This document shows, one piece after another, positions 8,662 through 17,029 of a stretch of 64,000 bases of DNA (position 1 is its first letter; each line of letters opens with the position of its first letter). Both the position numbers and the translations under genes were made by a program. The notes under the pieces are model-generated. The model made no database searches. It was not told the DNA's origin and was given only the letters and a program-made list of their open reading frames with translations. Location: positions 49,607-113,606 of the IMG/VR virus record IMGVR_UViG_3300018080_000123, one strand, 5' to 3'. This DNA is from a virus.

Positions 8662-9878
8662 TAGTATTTAGATTTCATTTGCTCTTTTTCTGTTTTTTTT
8701 CCAATCTTAGCTACAAAAGCCTGATTGCGTTTCTCTTTTCGCTCTTTCATACGTTCCCCGAACTTCTTATCGGCCTCTTCTCCTTCTTTCCTTTTCGCTG
8801 TGACCTTACCTACGGCTGCTTGATTGCGTTTTTCTTTACGGGCTTTCATACGTTCGGCGAACTTCTTATCCCAATCTTCGCTCTCTTTTCGCTTTGAAGT
8901 AATCTTACCTAAAGCAGCCTGATTGCGAGACTCTTTTCCCGACTCATAAATTGGCTTACCGCTCTTTGTGCGACCAACAATTCTGCCACCTTTTGAGCCC
9001 TCTCCGCCAGCCTTCTTCAGTTTTGACTGTTTACGGGCTCTAAGCTCAGTCAACACCGCCCGCTTCGTGGTATCATCGAGCCCTCGAAGCACTTCATTTA
9101 CTTTTGCTCCCGGGCTTATGATCTTATCAACAAGTTTACTAACGTCGCCATCTGTCTTCTTCATGCTCTTGCGATTTGTTGTTCCTCCAATCGATGCCCG
9201 ACATACTGCATAAGGATTAACGCCTGGGCTCTCCTTTTTAACCTCTTTTACACAACGCTTTTCTTTTGGCGTACAACCCTTATTGAGATACTTTCTTGCC
9301 ACATTAAGGATCTTCTCAAGCTTATCTTTATCAATCTCAACATATTCATCTTCGCCATCGTCAGTTGATTTACGCATACATTTCTTTGCGTCTTTTTGAC
9401 CTTCTTTCAAGAGTTTTTCTTTTCCATCTTTTCCTTCGCCCATAAAGCTCTTTTTATCTTTTGAAAGCTTTTTGTGCTCTTTCTCAATAGCCGAAACTCT
9501 ATCACTTAATGAACGCATTTCCTTATGCTCTTTTTTCTCCTCGCCCTTCGACTCTCCTCCGTCTTTTTTCAATGGCATAAGCTTTGTCTCGCTTTCTTTT
9601 GTCGATGGCTTCTTAGGCTTCTGTTTCTTCGGCTCTAGCTCATCTGATCCGGCTTCTTCGGCAGCTTTCTTATGCCCAACCTGATCAGTAGCTCGGGAGT
9701 CGTGGGGGTGGTGTTCATAGCGAGGCTTTGAATTAATCTCATCAATGTTCTTCGGACGATCTCCTGGAATCATCGCTTTCTTCTCGTCCTCGTGCCAATA
9801 AACATAATTACCGGGTGTACCGGTTCGCTTGGCATATTTCAACTTAGACTGTGATTTATCTTTTTCTTTATCTGTCAT
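8661..9878 (-). CDS. Lys-rich modular putative internal head protein
   Basis: Lies within the head operon; GEGSKGG..VGRTKSGKPIY module and 33-aa repeats. Confidence 0.65.
   Translation of the reverse strand: MTDKEKDKSQSKLKYAKRTGTPGNYVYWHEDEKKAMIPGDRPKNIDEINSKPRYEHHPHDSRATDQVGHKKAAEEAGSDELEPKKQKPKKPSTKESETKLMPLKKDGGESKGEEKKEHKEMRSLSDRVSAIEKEHKKLSKDKKSFMGEGKDGKEKLLKEGQKDAKKCMRKSTDDGEDEYVEIDKDKLEKILNVARKYLNKGCTPKEKRCVKEVKKESPGVNPYAVCRASIGGTTNRKSMKKTDGDVSKLVDKIISPGAKVNEVLRGLDDTTKRAVLTELRARKQSKLKKAGGEGSKGGRIVGRTKSGKPIYESGKESRNQAALGKITSKRKESEDWDKKFAERMKARKEKRNQAAVGKVTAKRKEGEEADKKFGERMKERKEKRNQAFVAKIGKKTEKEQMKSKY
8700..8940 (-). repeat. 99-bp (33-aa) tandem repeat, about 2.4 copies
   Basis: GC(C/T)TGATTGCG recurs at about 8720, 8819 and 8918; protein unit RNQAAxGKxTxKRKExExxDKKFxERMKxRKEK. 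Confidence 0.85.
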
Positions 9879-9895
9879 TGTTTAATCCTCTACGG

Positions 9896-11851
9896 CTATT
9901 TCTTTCTGGCTTTTTCAATTTCCGCCTTTTTTAAGCTATGCTTAGCGTCCCAACGCCTAAGAAATTCCTTCTCACTGATGTTATACTTTGTTGGGTTCTT
10001 TTTCTTTGCCTCTTGAAACATCTTAAGAGCAACGCCACGATTACTAGCTATTCTCCCAGGCCCGCGATCGGCAAATGCCTGTCTTTGGATAGCTCTTGCT
10101 GACGTCCCTGGACCGGGCTTACGGCCGCTTCCAGGGCCGCCCTTTTCAAAAAGCTTGGCTCGCTGTTTCTTTTTCTCCTGTTCTTTCTTCCAGCTTTCTC
10201 CGGCTCTATATTCAGAAATCTTTTGTTTAGATTCTATTGCTCTATCAACCTTCTTTCCTTGATCTCGCGCTTGATTAAAATGACTGGTAGCTTTAACATT
10301 TTTTCCTTCTGCGACTGCACTGTGGAAATCGGCTAGATGCTCGTGATATTTTGCTTTCTCTTTAGCAATCCCGCTACCAGAAACAGGAGCTCCTCCCTCA
10401 GTGCGACTTGGCTTAGATCTCTTCTCAGCTGCTTCTGCTTCCTTTCTGTGAGCGGCAGCAGCGTCTTTATGATCCTCTTTCGACCAATCATGATGATAGC
10501 CTACTGTATACCCGCTGTGACCTTTACCGTGTGAGGAATAAATAGGTTTGCCCGACTTCGTTCTTCCTATTACTTTTCCGCCTCTGGAGCCTTCTCCTGC
10601 TGCTTTATCGAGAGCTTCCGAAATCGCTTCAACGATTACGCTTTTAATGAAATGCTTCCTATCTTCTTTACGCGTAACAATTTTGGGCTTGAAATCTTCG
10701 CCAGGCTGGGCTTGATGATATTCAACGCGAGAAACATGTTCTTGATATGGAATGTGTAAGCTATTAACTGCTTCTTTAAAACGATTTAAGTGCCCGGGAG
10801 TATGAAATGAGTCTCCATGCTCACTAATTATCTTTCCATGCTCATCTAAAAGTTTTTGAATTTTCTTGTACGTCTCGTTAGCATGGCTTTCGACAGCATC
10901 TCTACCTGGAGCATTATGTTCGCCCGCTCCTCGCTTTTTTCTTGGAGCCTTATCTTTTGCTCCCATGCGACGGGCCTTTTCGAGGACACTTAAAAGGGTC
11001 ATTAAATTACTTTTTTTGACTCTTACTGCGCCCGGTGAAGGGGCGGAGGAGGCGACATCCCCTATCACCGGTTGACTAGCCACTGAAGGACTAGCCAGGG
11101 AAGAATCTTCATCTGTATATCCTAAAAGCTCGCCATCCTCCGACTTAGCAAGGGTTGGATTATCGTCGTAAGTAGAAAGCTCTACTGCTTCACTGTCCTT
11201 TTTCTTTTTCTTCTTTTCGCCATCCTGAATTTTATCTGCCTGACTTGCGCCTTCGGCCTGAATCTTTTCTACCTCACCCTCTCCCACACTTTCAAGAATA
11301 CAGGCCTTATCAATTTCTTCAATAGTATCTGAGCACTCATTAACTTCAAACCTCTCAACAGATAAAGATTTGGCAATCTCTGCATAAGTGCTTGTATTGA
11401 CTGGATCAAGTGTTAAGGCGACTTTCTCCACTCTCGCCCTTGCAATAACGCTCTTATCAATATCGTCTCGTTTAACAATCTTTCCCTCAATTGACATTTG
11501 CACTCTGTTCTTATCTGCTTTCTTCAACGAGCGCATAATGTTATAGAAGGCCTGAGCGCGGGGTTGGTGCTTAAAAAGATAGCCCTCAACATACAACCCG
11601 TTCATTGTGTTTTGGGCATAATCGATCTTACCGAGAACATTTTCTGGGCCCTTTTGATGGTCGTTATTAAAAAGTCCTTTTCCGTTTTTCAACGGACCAA
11701 TATCGAGCCCCGACTGCTGAACCACTTCACCTTGTAAATCCTTATCACCTGTGGAAGCAATTCCTTTAATGCGCCATTCGTCTTCGTTCTCGCCTTTGGC
11801 GAGCTCGACGGGCACAAAAAATTTGAAGGTGTCTTGGTCGCTTTTCCCCAT
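9896..11851 (-). CDS. prohead protease with a long modular C-terminal extension
   Basis: IKGIASTGDKDLQGEVVQQSGLD, FNNDH, MSIEG and VALTLDPVN motifs in the first ~165 aa. Confidence 0.85.
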   Translation of the reverse strand: MGKSDQDTFKFFVPVELAKGENEDEWRIKGIASTGDKDLQGEVVQQSGLDIGPLKNGKGLFNNDHQKGPENVLGKIDYAQNTMNGLYVEGYLFKHQPRAQAFYNIMRSLKKADKNRVQMSIEGKIVKRDDIDKSVIARARVEKVALTLDPVNTSTYAEIAKSLSVERFEVNECSDTIEEIDKACILESVGEGEVEKIQAEGASQADKIQDGEKKKKKKDSEAVELSTYDDNPTLAKSEDGELLGYTDEDSSLASPSVASQPVIGDVASSAPSPGAVRVKKSNLMTLLSVLEKARRMGAKDKAPRKKRGAGEHNAPGRDAVESHANETYKKIQKLLDEHGKIISEHGDSFHTPGHLNRFKEAVNSLHIPYQEHVSRVEYHQAQPGEDFKPKIVTRKEDRKHFIKSVIVEAISEALDKAAGEGSRGGKVIGRTKSGKPIYSSHGKGHSGYTVGYHHDWSKEDHKDAAAAHRKEAEAAEKRSKPSRTEGGAPVSGSGIAKEKAKYHEHLADFHSAVAEGKNVKATSHFNQARDQGKKVDRAIESKQKISEYRAGESWKKEQEKKKQRAKLFEKGGPGSGRKPGPGTSARAIQRQAFADRGPGRIASNRGVALKMFQEAKKKNPTKYNISEKEFLRRWDAKHSLKKAEIEKARKK

Positions 11852-11941
11852 CGTTTCTCCAGATTTATGAACGGATTTGTAGAGTGGTCAATATTTAATT
11901 ATAGTATAACATGGGGTATTTTTTAAATTAAATTGTGCAAA

Positions 11942-12274
11942 TTAGTTATCACCAAACTCGCCTAGCTCTTTCATAATCTTGACAATCTGTGTCCGGAAGT
12001 TCTTCTTTGCCTCTTCCTCACGCAAAGCAATATTGTTGATCGATGTTGCCGTCAACTTGGCCACCTCTTCCAATGTATGTTCTCTTCCATTGTCCAACAT
12101 ATATTTGAAGAAGCAATAGTTGGCCTTTCGATCATCCACATACCAAACACACTCATTCTTGGCACAAGGTAGGACATTAAACCGGCCTGATTTCATCTTC
12201 TCAGCCTTCCGCCTTCCCATGCTACAAACCCGAGTAGGATACTTATCCAGTTTTCGAGGACATCTCTGATCCAT
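11942..12274 (-). CDS. sigma region-4-like HTH protein with Cys-rich N-terminus
   Basis: HTLEEVAKLTATSINNIALREEEAKKNFR resembles sigma4.2 TLEEVG...TRERIRQIExxALxKLR. Confidence 0.55.
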   Translation of the reverse strand: MDQRCPRKLDKYPTRVCSMGRRKAEKMKSGRFNVLPCAKNECVWYVDDRKANYCFFKYMLDNGREHTLEEVAKLTATSINNIALREEEAKKNFRTQIVKIMKELGEFGDN

Positions 12275-12359
12275 TTGACAAAACCTATAATTTGTCGGGA
12301 ATTTATCTGGCCTATTTATGACACATTAATAGACCACTAATGGCCACTAATATCAAGTA

Positions 12360-12632
12360 TTAATGACGGAGCCACCAAAATCTTTGCCCAGCTTCTTCAT
12401 TTTGCATAACCCAGCGATCAAGAACATTTTCTCCATCACACTTCTCGCATACGAGAAAATTAATACAGCTTCTAGATACCGCATAAACCCAGCGCCAAAC
12501 ATCTCCTACCTCAAACCTATGACCACACATATAACATCGAAAACCATCTCCACTCTCTCTCGGTCCCCATTTTGCTTGAACATCTTTTTCTGTTGCAACT
12601 CTAGGCTTCTGATCTACAAAGCTAGTAGTCAT
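12360..12632 (-). CDS. Zn-binding hypothetical protein
   Basis: FRCYMCGH...VCEKCD, AGGAG SD. Confidence 0.55.
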   Translation of the reverse strand: MTTSFVDQKPRVATEKDVQAKWGPRESGDGFRCYMCGHRFEVGDVWRWVYAVSRSCINFLVCEKCDGENVLDRWVMQNEEAGQRFWWLRH

Positions 12633-12649
12633 TTTTATCTCCTGTATAG

Positions 12650-12916
12650 CTACTCTGCAGCTGACTCTTCTTTTTTCTTCTTCTGTATAACGGGGTTTTC
12701 TTCGTTATAAATAGGCAAACAAGTTCTACACATCCAATATCGTTTATCTCTCGTTTTCCTCGTCTTTCTAGGTTTCCCACATCCATCACATTTGATATTG
12801 GCTATTGCACGTCTGCGATAGAATCTAATAAGCTCAAATGCTCCTTCTGCAGCTATTCCTGCAAAGAAGATTATCATAAACCATATGGTGTACTCTATCA
12901 TAGATTCGGCCGGCAT
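12650..12916 (-). CDS. membrane-anchored Zn-ribbon protein
   Basis: N-terminal TM segment, CDGC...CRTC. Confidence 0.5.
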   Translation of the reverse strand: MPAESMIEYTIWFMIIFFAGIAAEGAFELIRFYRRRAIANIKCDGCGKPRKTRKTRDKRYWMCRTCLPIYNEENPVIQKKKKEESAAE

Positions 12917-12918
12917 TT

Positions 12919-13191
12919 TTATTTCTTGTAATCCTCTAAGATATGGCCTTTCGTTGCCAGGTAATCTGCAAAACCTGGATCTATTTGTCCAAGCACGTAT
13001 ACACTCCCTGACTCAGTTCGGGCTGTCAACCGCTCGGGGTCAAACTCTGTCACATTCGATGTAATGATTCGCTTTCCATTCTCAAAATTTGGATTCCCAT
13101 GAACCTCCCCTGCAAGAGCCCTTCGCCACTGCTCGGGGGCCTTGTACGGATCACCAATTGACACTACAAATGACCAATTCTCTAACTTCAT
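12919..13191 (-). CDS. conserved hypothetical phage protein
   Basis: LENWS...PYKAPE...GKRIITS...TESGSVYVLG. Confidence 0.6.
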   Translation of the reverse strand: MKLENWSFVVSIGDPYKAPEQWRRALAGEVHGNPNFENGKRIITSNVTEFDPERLTARTESGSVYVLGQIDPGFADYLATKGHILEDYKK

Positions 13192-13203
13192 CCTTTTCCC
13201 CTC

Positions 13204-13437
13204 CTAATACTTCTCCGGTAACGTGTCAAGCTCTGGGCTACAGCCACAGCACTGCGTATCCCCACTTAAGGCAAGATCTGTCTTTTCTGACAAATTCCTG
13301 AGAAATTCAATCAACCCTTTCTTATTAAATTCCAGATCAGCGAGCTCTCCATTATTATAATGAGCTTTAACTAGCCCCTGTTCAATGGCCCAGTCCCAAA
13401 TGTTCTGCCCTTCATCTTTTTTATACTTGTTTGTCAT
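13204..13437 (-). CDS. hypothetical protein (start moved to MTNKY)
   Basis: AAGGAG SD upstream of the ATG. Confidence 0.5.
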   Translation of the reverse strand: MTNKYKKDEGQNIWDWAIEQGLVKAHYNNGELADLEFNKKGLIEFLRNLSEKTDLALSGDTQCCGCSPELDTLPEKY

Positions 13438-13633
13438 CGTCTTTCTCCTTATCATCAAAAGACTCTTGATACGAAATATGAGCAACATGAACGCCTTCAC
13501 TATAGAACGTTTTAACGCTTCCTATCACAGCTCCTTTTATCTCAAGAATTTCTACAATTGCCCGCTCCAGCCTATCTTCAAATCCAATATCGTGCTCATC
13601 TCTTACAACTTTAATTCTAAAAACGCGTGTCAT
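13421..13633 (-). CDS. hypothetical protein
   Basis: ATGA-coupled to the metalloprotease gene. Confidence 0.5.
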   Translation of the reverse strand: MTRVFRIKVVRDEHDIGFEDRLERAIVEILEIKGAVIGSVKTFYSEGVHVAHISYQESFDDKEKDDDKQV

Positions 13634-14301
13634 TTTTCCACTCTCCTCTTATCGATCTTCTCTAAAATCTTACTTTTATCCTCGCAATATTTGTCCCAGT
13701 GTTTGTCACATAGACCTATCTTTCCAAGCTCCGGTACCATTACCCAACATTCCAGCTGCATCTTACAATACTTAACACTACACCTCAGATCTTTATCTTC
13801 ATAATCTTGAAAAAAGCCTTTTTGAGCAGTGCCAGCAAATTCTGCTTCAATGTTTTGCCTATACAATTCTGCCGCTCCCTCCAGCGCATATCCTCTTTCA
13901 TATTTGTACTTTCCCTCGTATGCTCTCTCCATCAACTGTTCCCCAACCTTGTCAACATATCTCTCCGCTCTTAATCCAATTTGTTTTGCTACATCATATG
14001 TCAAAGATCTGTTATGATACCGAGCAAACTTTCTATCTAACTTACACTGCCAGTGTCCAAGCTCATGGAACAGGTGATTTAAAAATCGCTCTACATTCGT
14101 AAAACGACCCTTAGAGTCTCTCATGCTAATTTTGATTTCTTTTGTCTCCAGATTGATCATAGCACCGCCGCATGTCGTCCAATCAAAGATCAATCCCAGC
14201 CCGCTTCTCAAAGCGATATCGATTCCTTTAGCTACATCTGGATGTTTCAAAAATCTATTCACAATCCACCTTTGTGAATCCGCCCGTAAAACTAATCGCA
14301 T
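13630..14301 (-). CDS. HExxH zincin metallopeptidase-like protein (ImmA/IrrE-like) with C-terminal Zn finger
   Basis: HLFHELGHWQ, downstream AERYVD (third-ligand Glu), CSVKYC...LCDKH. Confidence 0.6.
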   Translation of the reverse strand: MRLVLRADSQRWIVNRFLKHPDVAKGIDIALRSGLGLIFDWTTCGGAMINLETKEIKISMRDSKGRFTNVERFLNHLFHELGHWQCKLDRKFARYHNRSLTYDVAKQIGLRAERYVDKVGEQLMERAYEGKYKYERGYALEGAAELYRQNIEAEFAGTAQKGFFQDYEDKDLRCSVKYCKMQLECWVMVPELGKIGLCDKHWDKYCEDKSKILEKIDKRRVEK

Positions 14302-14617
14302 ATCCGAGGCGGCGATCTCTTTCTTTCCTTTTCCAGTTAACTCTCCTCACCTCTCCATATACTCTAAACGTGCTAGGTCCATACCAATTAGGATGCTTCA
14401 GTTTGACAAAAAGAACAACCTCCGCTCGAGGCCTAATCTTAATCTGATCCTCTTCTTTCACAATGATAAAGCAACCGCCAACGTTAAAATCATATACCGA
14501 CCCCTTAGCAACTATCGTTCTAGTTTCCATATCCATCATTGCTGCATTACTGCCAAGGAAGGTGAGAAGTCTGGGTTTCTTTCTTTTCTCTTCTTTATTT
14601 TCCATCCTCTGTTCCAC
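14255..14617 (-). CDS. stand-alone PilZ-domain protein (c-di-GMP receptor)
   Basis: EKRKKPR (RxxxR switch), YDFNVGGCFI ([D/N]xSxxG-like, Ser to Asn), GEVRRV and GYAISF C-terminal strands, about 120 aa. Confidence 0.75.
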   Translation of the reverse strand: MEQRMENKEEKRKKPRLLTFLGSNAAMMDMETRTIVAKGSVYDFNVGGCFIIVKEEDQIKIRPRAEVVLFVKLKHPNWYGPSTFRVYGEVRRVNWKRKERDRRLGYAISFTGGFTKVDCE

Positions 14618-14636
14618 TTTAAACCTTTACCTCTCT

Positions 14637-14644
14637 ATTATACA
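14637..14644 (-). promoter_or_regulatory. -10-only promoter motif TGTATAAT upstream of the PilZ gene
   Basis: Motif sits at the gene junction, about 20 nt before the start codon. Confidence 0.5.
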
Positions 14645-15000
14645 TCATCATCATATCTTTGTCTGGTTATCCAACTAGCTACTTTTGAGATTATCTTTTC
14701 CATGGCGCCCGATTCGTGACAAACCAACTCTAAGTAATAATCATGGTGATATTCTTTCAAGTCACTAATGATCATAAAAAGACTAAAATAAGGATCAGGC
14801 TCTTCTGCTTCTAACTCATAATAGTACAAAATATCAAGAGCATCAATGATCGGAAGAGACATCAGATCGGCGATATAAGACTGTCTGTCTTTTTGCAAGA
14901 TCTCTTGAACCTCTCCAATCATCCGCTCAAGTTTCCTCTCTTTATAAGTCCTGAGATCAGTTACTGGTTTTTTCGGATCCATGCCTGTAATTCCATTCAC
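14638..15000 (-). CDS. hypothetical protein
   Basis: ORF within the diguanylate cyclase operon. Confidence 0.5.
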   Translation of the reverse strand: MNGITGMDPKKPVTDLRTYKERKLERMIGEVQEILQKDRQSYIADLMSLPIIDALDILYYYELEAEEPDPYFSLFMIISDLKEYHHDYYLELVCHESGAMEKIISKVASWITRQRYDDDV

Positions 15001-15652
15001 GCTTAACCGCAGCCAAAAACTCTTTCACCGTTTGCCAGCGGGTCATTTCTCTGCCGGATGTTTTCACAAAATAAACGGGATAATGAATATAAATCTGATA
15101 TAGATTATCAAAATAAGCATAAATTTTGTAGGGACCTTCATAAAACCAAGTATTATACCACTTCCACTCGGTTTTTCCTGGTGTTAGAATTCCACAATAA
15201 GCAAGGTAATCCAAAACTCTTTCTTCTCGAACTTTTTGCATCTCCTCTCTCACTTCCTCATACGGCCTATCACCAAACAATTCAGGAGTAGCTGTGCTCC
15301 AAACCGGTTTTCGATTTTTCATCTTCTCTTTGTGCTTTTTAGACATTTCTTTTTCATCCGCAACTTCAAAAGGAAAAACTCTTAAATCGTGCTCATAATA
15401 GATCTCGATGTCTGAGCCAACGAGCTCAGCAATTTTTCCTAACCAATTACGATCTTTATCCAGATCGACATCTCCATACCAAACGACCTCGCCATCGACT
15501 ACTACATTTGAATTATAAACTGCCATTGCCGGCCCTCGACTTTTCGATGCGCTCACAAGACGCCCCGGACGACCGAGAAGAATACTCAAAATTGCTCCAG
15601 GGTCTTTATCTGAACACAGAGCTTGAATCTTTTTTTTAATTTTTGTTCCCAT
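14957..15652 (-). CDS. hypothetical protein
   Basis: 231-aa ORF with YNSNVVVDGEVVWYGDVDL. Confidence 0.6.
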   Translation of the reverse strand: MGTKIKKKIQALCSDKDPGAILSILLGRPGRLVSASKSRGPAMAVYNSNVVVDGEVVWYGDVDLDKDRNWLGKIAELVGSDIEIYYEHDLRVFPFEVADEKEMSKKHKEKMKNRKPVWSTATPELFGDRPYEEVREEMQKVREERVLDYLAYCGILTPGKTEWKWYNTWFYEGPYKIYAYFDNLYQIYIHYPVYFVKTSGREMTRWQTVKEFLAAVKREWNYRHGSEKTSN

Positions 15653-15845
15653 TTTTTCTCTCCTCTATTTCGTTAAGCCGACATAACCAAGTAAACAGCT
15701 TAGCAATTCGACATTCATAAAGAGCTATCCGCTCTAAATTTCCTGGTCTAGCTCTTTCAAGCGGATCCCAGAAAAGCTTATTTATTTTTTCTTGAAGCTG
15801 GTCTCGTTTTCTTATTACCATTGCTTTCATTGGATGAATGTACAT
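15636..15845 (-). CDS. hypothetical protein
   Basis: Overlaps the 3' end of the cyclase gene. Confidence 0.45.
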   Translation of the reverse strand: MYIHPMKAMVIRKRDQLQEKINKLFWDPLERARPGNLERIALYECRIAKLFTWLCRLNEIEERKNGNKN

Positions 15846-16473
15846 GTCTAATCACCCCATGGCCATAGCCTTCATGGCTAAAATCCATAATTGTAGTAAA
15901 TACTAATGAATCTTTTTTTTCTTTAGCGATATACATGCCCCGATCAGCCGCTGTAATTAGCTCTTCTGCTTTGTCTCCTTTACTATATGATACAACCCCC
16001 ATACTGGCCGTAACCTTAATTGAATCATACTTAAACCTCATTTTCCTGTGGAGACGTTCGTAAAAATCAGCTGCTTTGTTAGGAGATTTGTTTAAGCTAA
16101 TCACAACAAATTCTTCTCCTCCCCAGCGAAATGCCTTATCATAGGATCGAGTTTGCTGACGTAAAGTTTCTCCTACTTTTTTAAGAATTTTATCTCCTAC
16201 TGCATGCCCATGAGTGTCGTTGATCTGTTTAAAGTTGTCCAAATCAATAAAACCAAGAGATAAAACTCCACCAATCCGATCGCATTGGTTGGTCAACTCT
16301 TCAAAATACCTATAGAAAGACTTGCGATGATGCAAACCTGTAAGCTCATCGCAAAAACTAATGCCAAATTTTTCTAGAAAATCAATGAGTTTTGTAGCGA
16401 GAATGAGCGAACAATCGTTTTTGTGCTCATCGATAAATAGAGTCAGTTCGCCTGTGAAATTGTCCTTTTTCAT
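15778..16473 (-). CDS. diguanylate cyclase (GGDEF domain)
   Basis: DELTGL, DLDNFKQINDTHGHAVGD, I-site RSYD-x5-GGEEF, VTASMG and ADRGMYIAK; all catalytic motifs present. Confidence 0.92.
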   Translation of the reverse strand: MKKDNFTGELTLFIDEHKNDCSLILATKLIDFLEKFGISFCDELTGLHHRKSFYRYFEELTNQCDRIGGVLSLGFIDLDNFKQINDTHGHAVGDKILKKVGETLRQQTRSYDKAFRWGGEEFVVISLNKSPNKAADFYERLHRKMRFKYDSIKVTASMGVVSYSKGDKAEELITAADRGMYIAKEKKDSLVFTTIMDFSHEGYGHGVIRHVHSSNESNGNKKTRPASRKNK

Positions 16474-16486
16474 AGCTCCTACTTAT

Positions 16487-16515
16487 ATTATAGTAGACCT
16501 CTATCAAAAAGGCAA
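16487..16515 (-). promoter_or_regulatory. sigma70-type early promoter of the cyclase operon
   Basis: TTGCCT-N17-TATAAT-ATAAG, then AGGAG SD and ATG. Confidence 0.8.
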
Positions 16516-16544
16516 GCTAAATTTTTATGAGAGATTCCAACAGG

Positions 16545-16739
16545 TTACACTAAACTTAGAAAATCCCCCTCAGAAATCTTCTTTCCTGCTGCTAATCTCT
16601 CTAAATACTGGGCAGCTAACGTTCCGATTTTTACGTTATTTTCTACCCAATGATAATCATCAACCTTGCGAAAAACGCGTTTTCGAGTCCCATTGCTTGT
16701 AACTTGCTTAATGACTATCACCAAGCCTCCTTCCATCAA
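16545..16739 (-). CDS. hypothetical protein
   Basis: Short packed ORF. Confidence 0.4.
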   Translation of the reverse strand: MMEGGLVIVIKQVTSNGTRKRVFRKVDDYHWVENNVKIGTLAAQYLERLAAGKKISEGDFLSLV

Positions 16740-17029
16740 CAGTCCTTCTTATTTCTTGTATCAAAATAGTTTAAAATTCTATCATAAACAATCTCTTTCT
16801 CTTTCTCTAGTAGGCTTTGTCGTCTTATAAATTCATCGCTTGTTCGTCTATAATATTCGATCAAACTCTTAGTCAATCTATCACTAAGATCTGCTAACTG
16901 AATCATCTTAATGGAAGGGCTTTGGCCTTCGGCTGTAAGAAGCCCGTTCCTCTGAGCGGACAGTTTCTCAATTCGTCTAATTATATCTGAGATCTCTCTT
17001 AAGTAATTCTCATACAGAGGAATCATCAT
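16736..17029 (-). CDS. hypothetical coiled-coil protein
   Basis: Packed ORF. Confidence 0.45.
   Translation of the reverse strand: MMIPLYENYLREISDIIRRIEKLSAQRNGLLTAEGQSPSIKMIQLADLSDRLTKSLIEYYRRTSDEFIRRQSLLEKEKEIVYDRILNYFDTRNKKDC

Noticed and set aside
7828-11851. Stop-codon readthrough or an alternative genetic code joining the three head ORFs
   Set aside because: Each ORF has its own SD or a TAATG coupling, and conserved genes are intact in the standard code
15778-16473. Hypr-type cGAMP synthase or degenerate GGDEF
   Set aside because: The specificity Asp (GHAVGD) and GGEEF are canonical
13630-16545. c-di-GMP riboswitch near the cyclase or PilZ genes
   Set aside because: No GEMM-like GGCAAAC...GAAA...GACGCAAA pattern seen, and intergenic space is minimal
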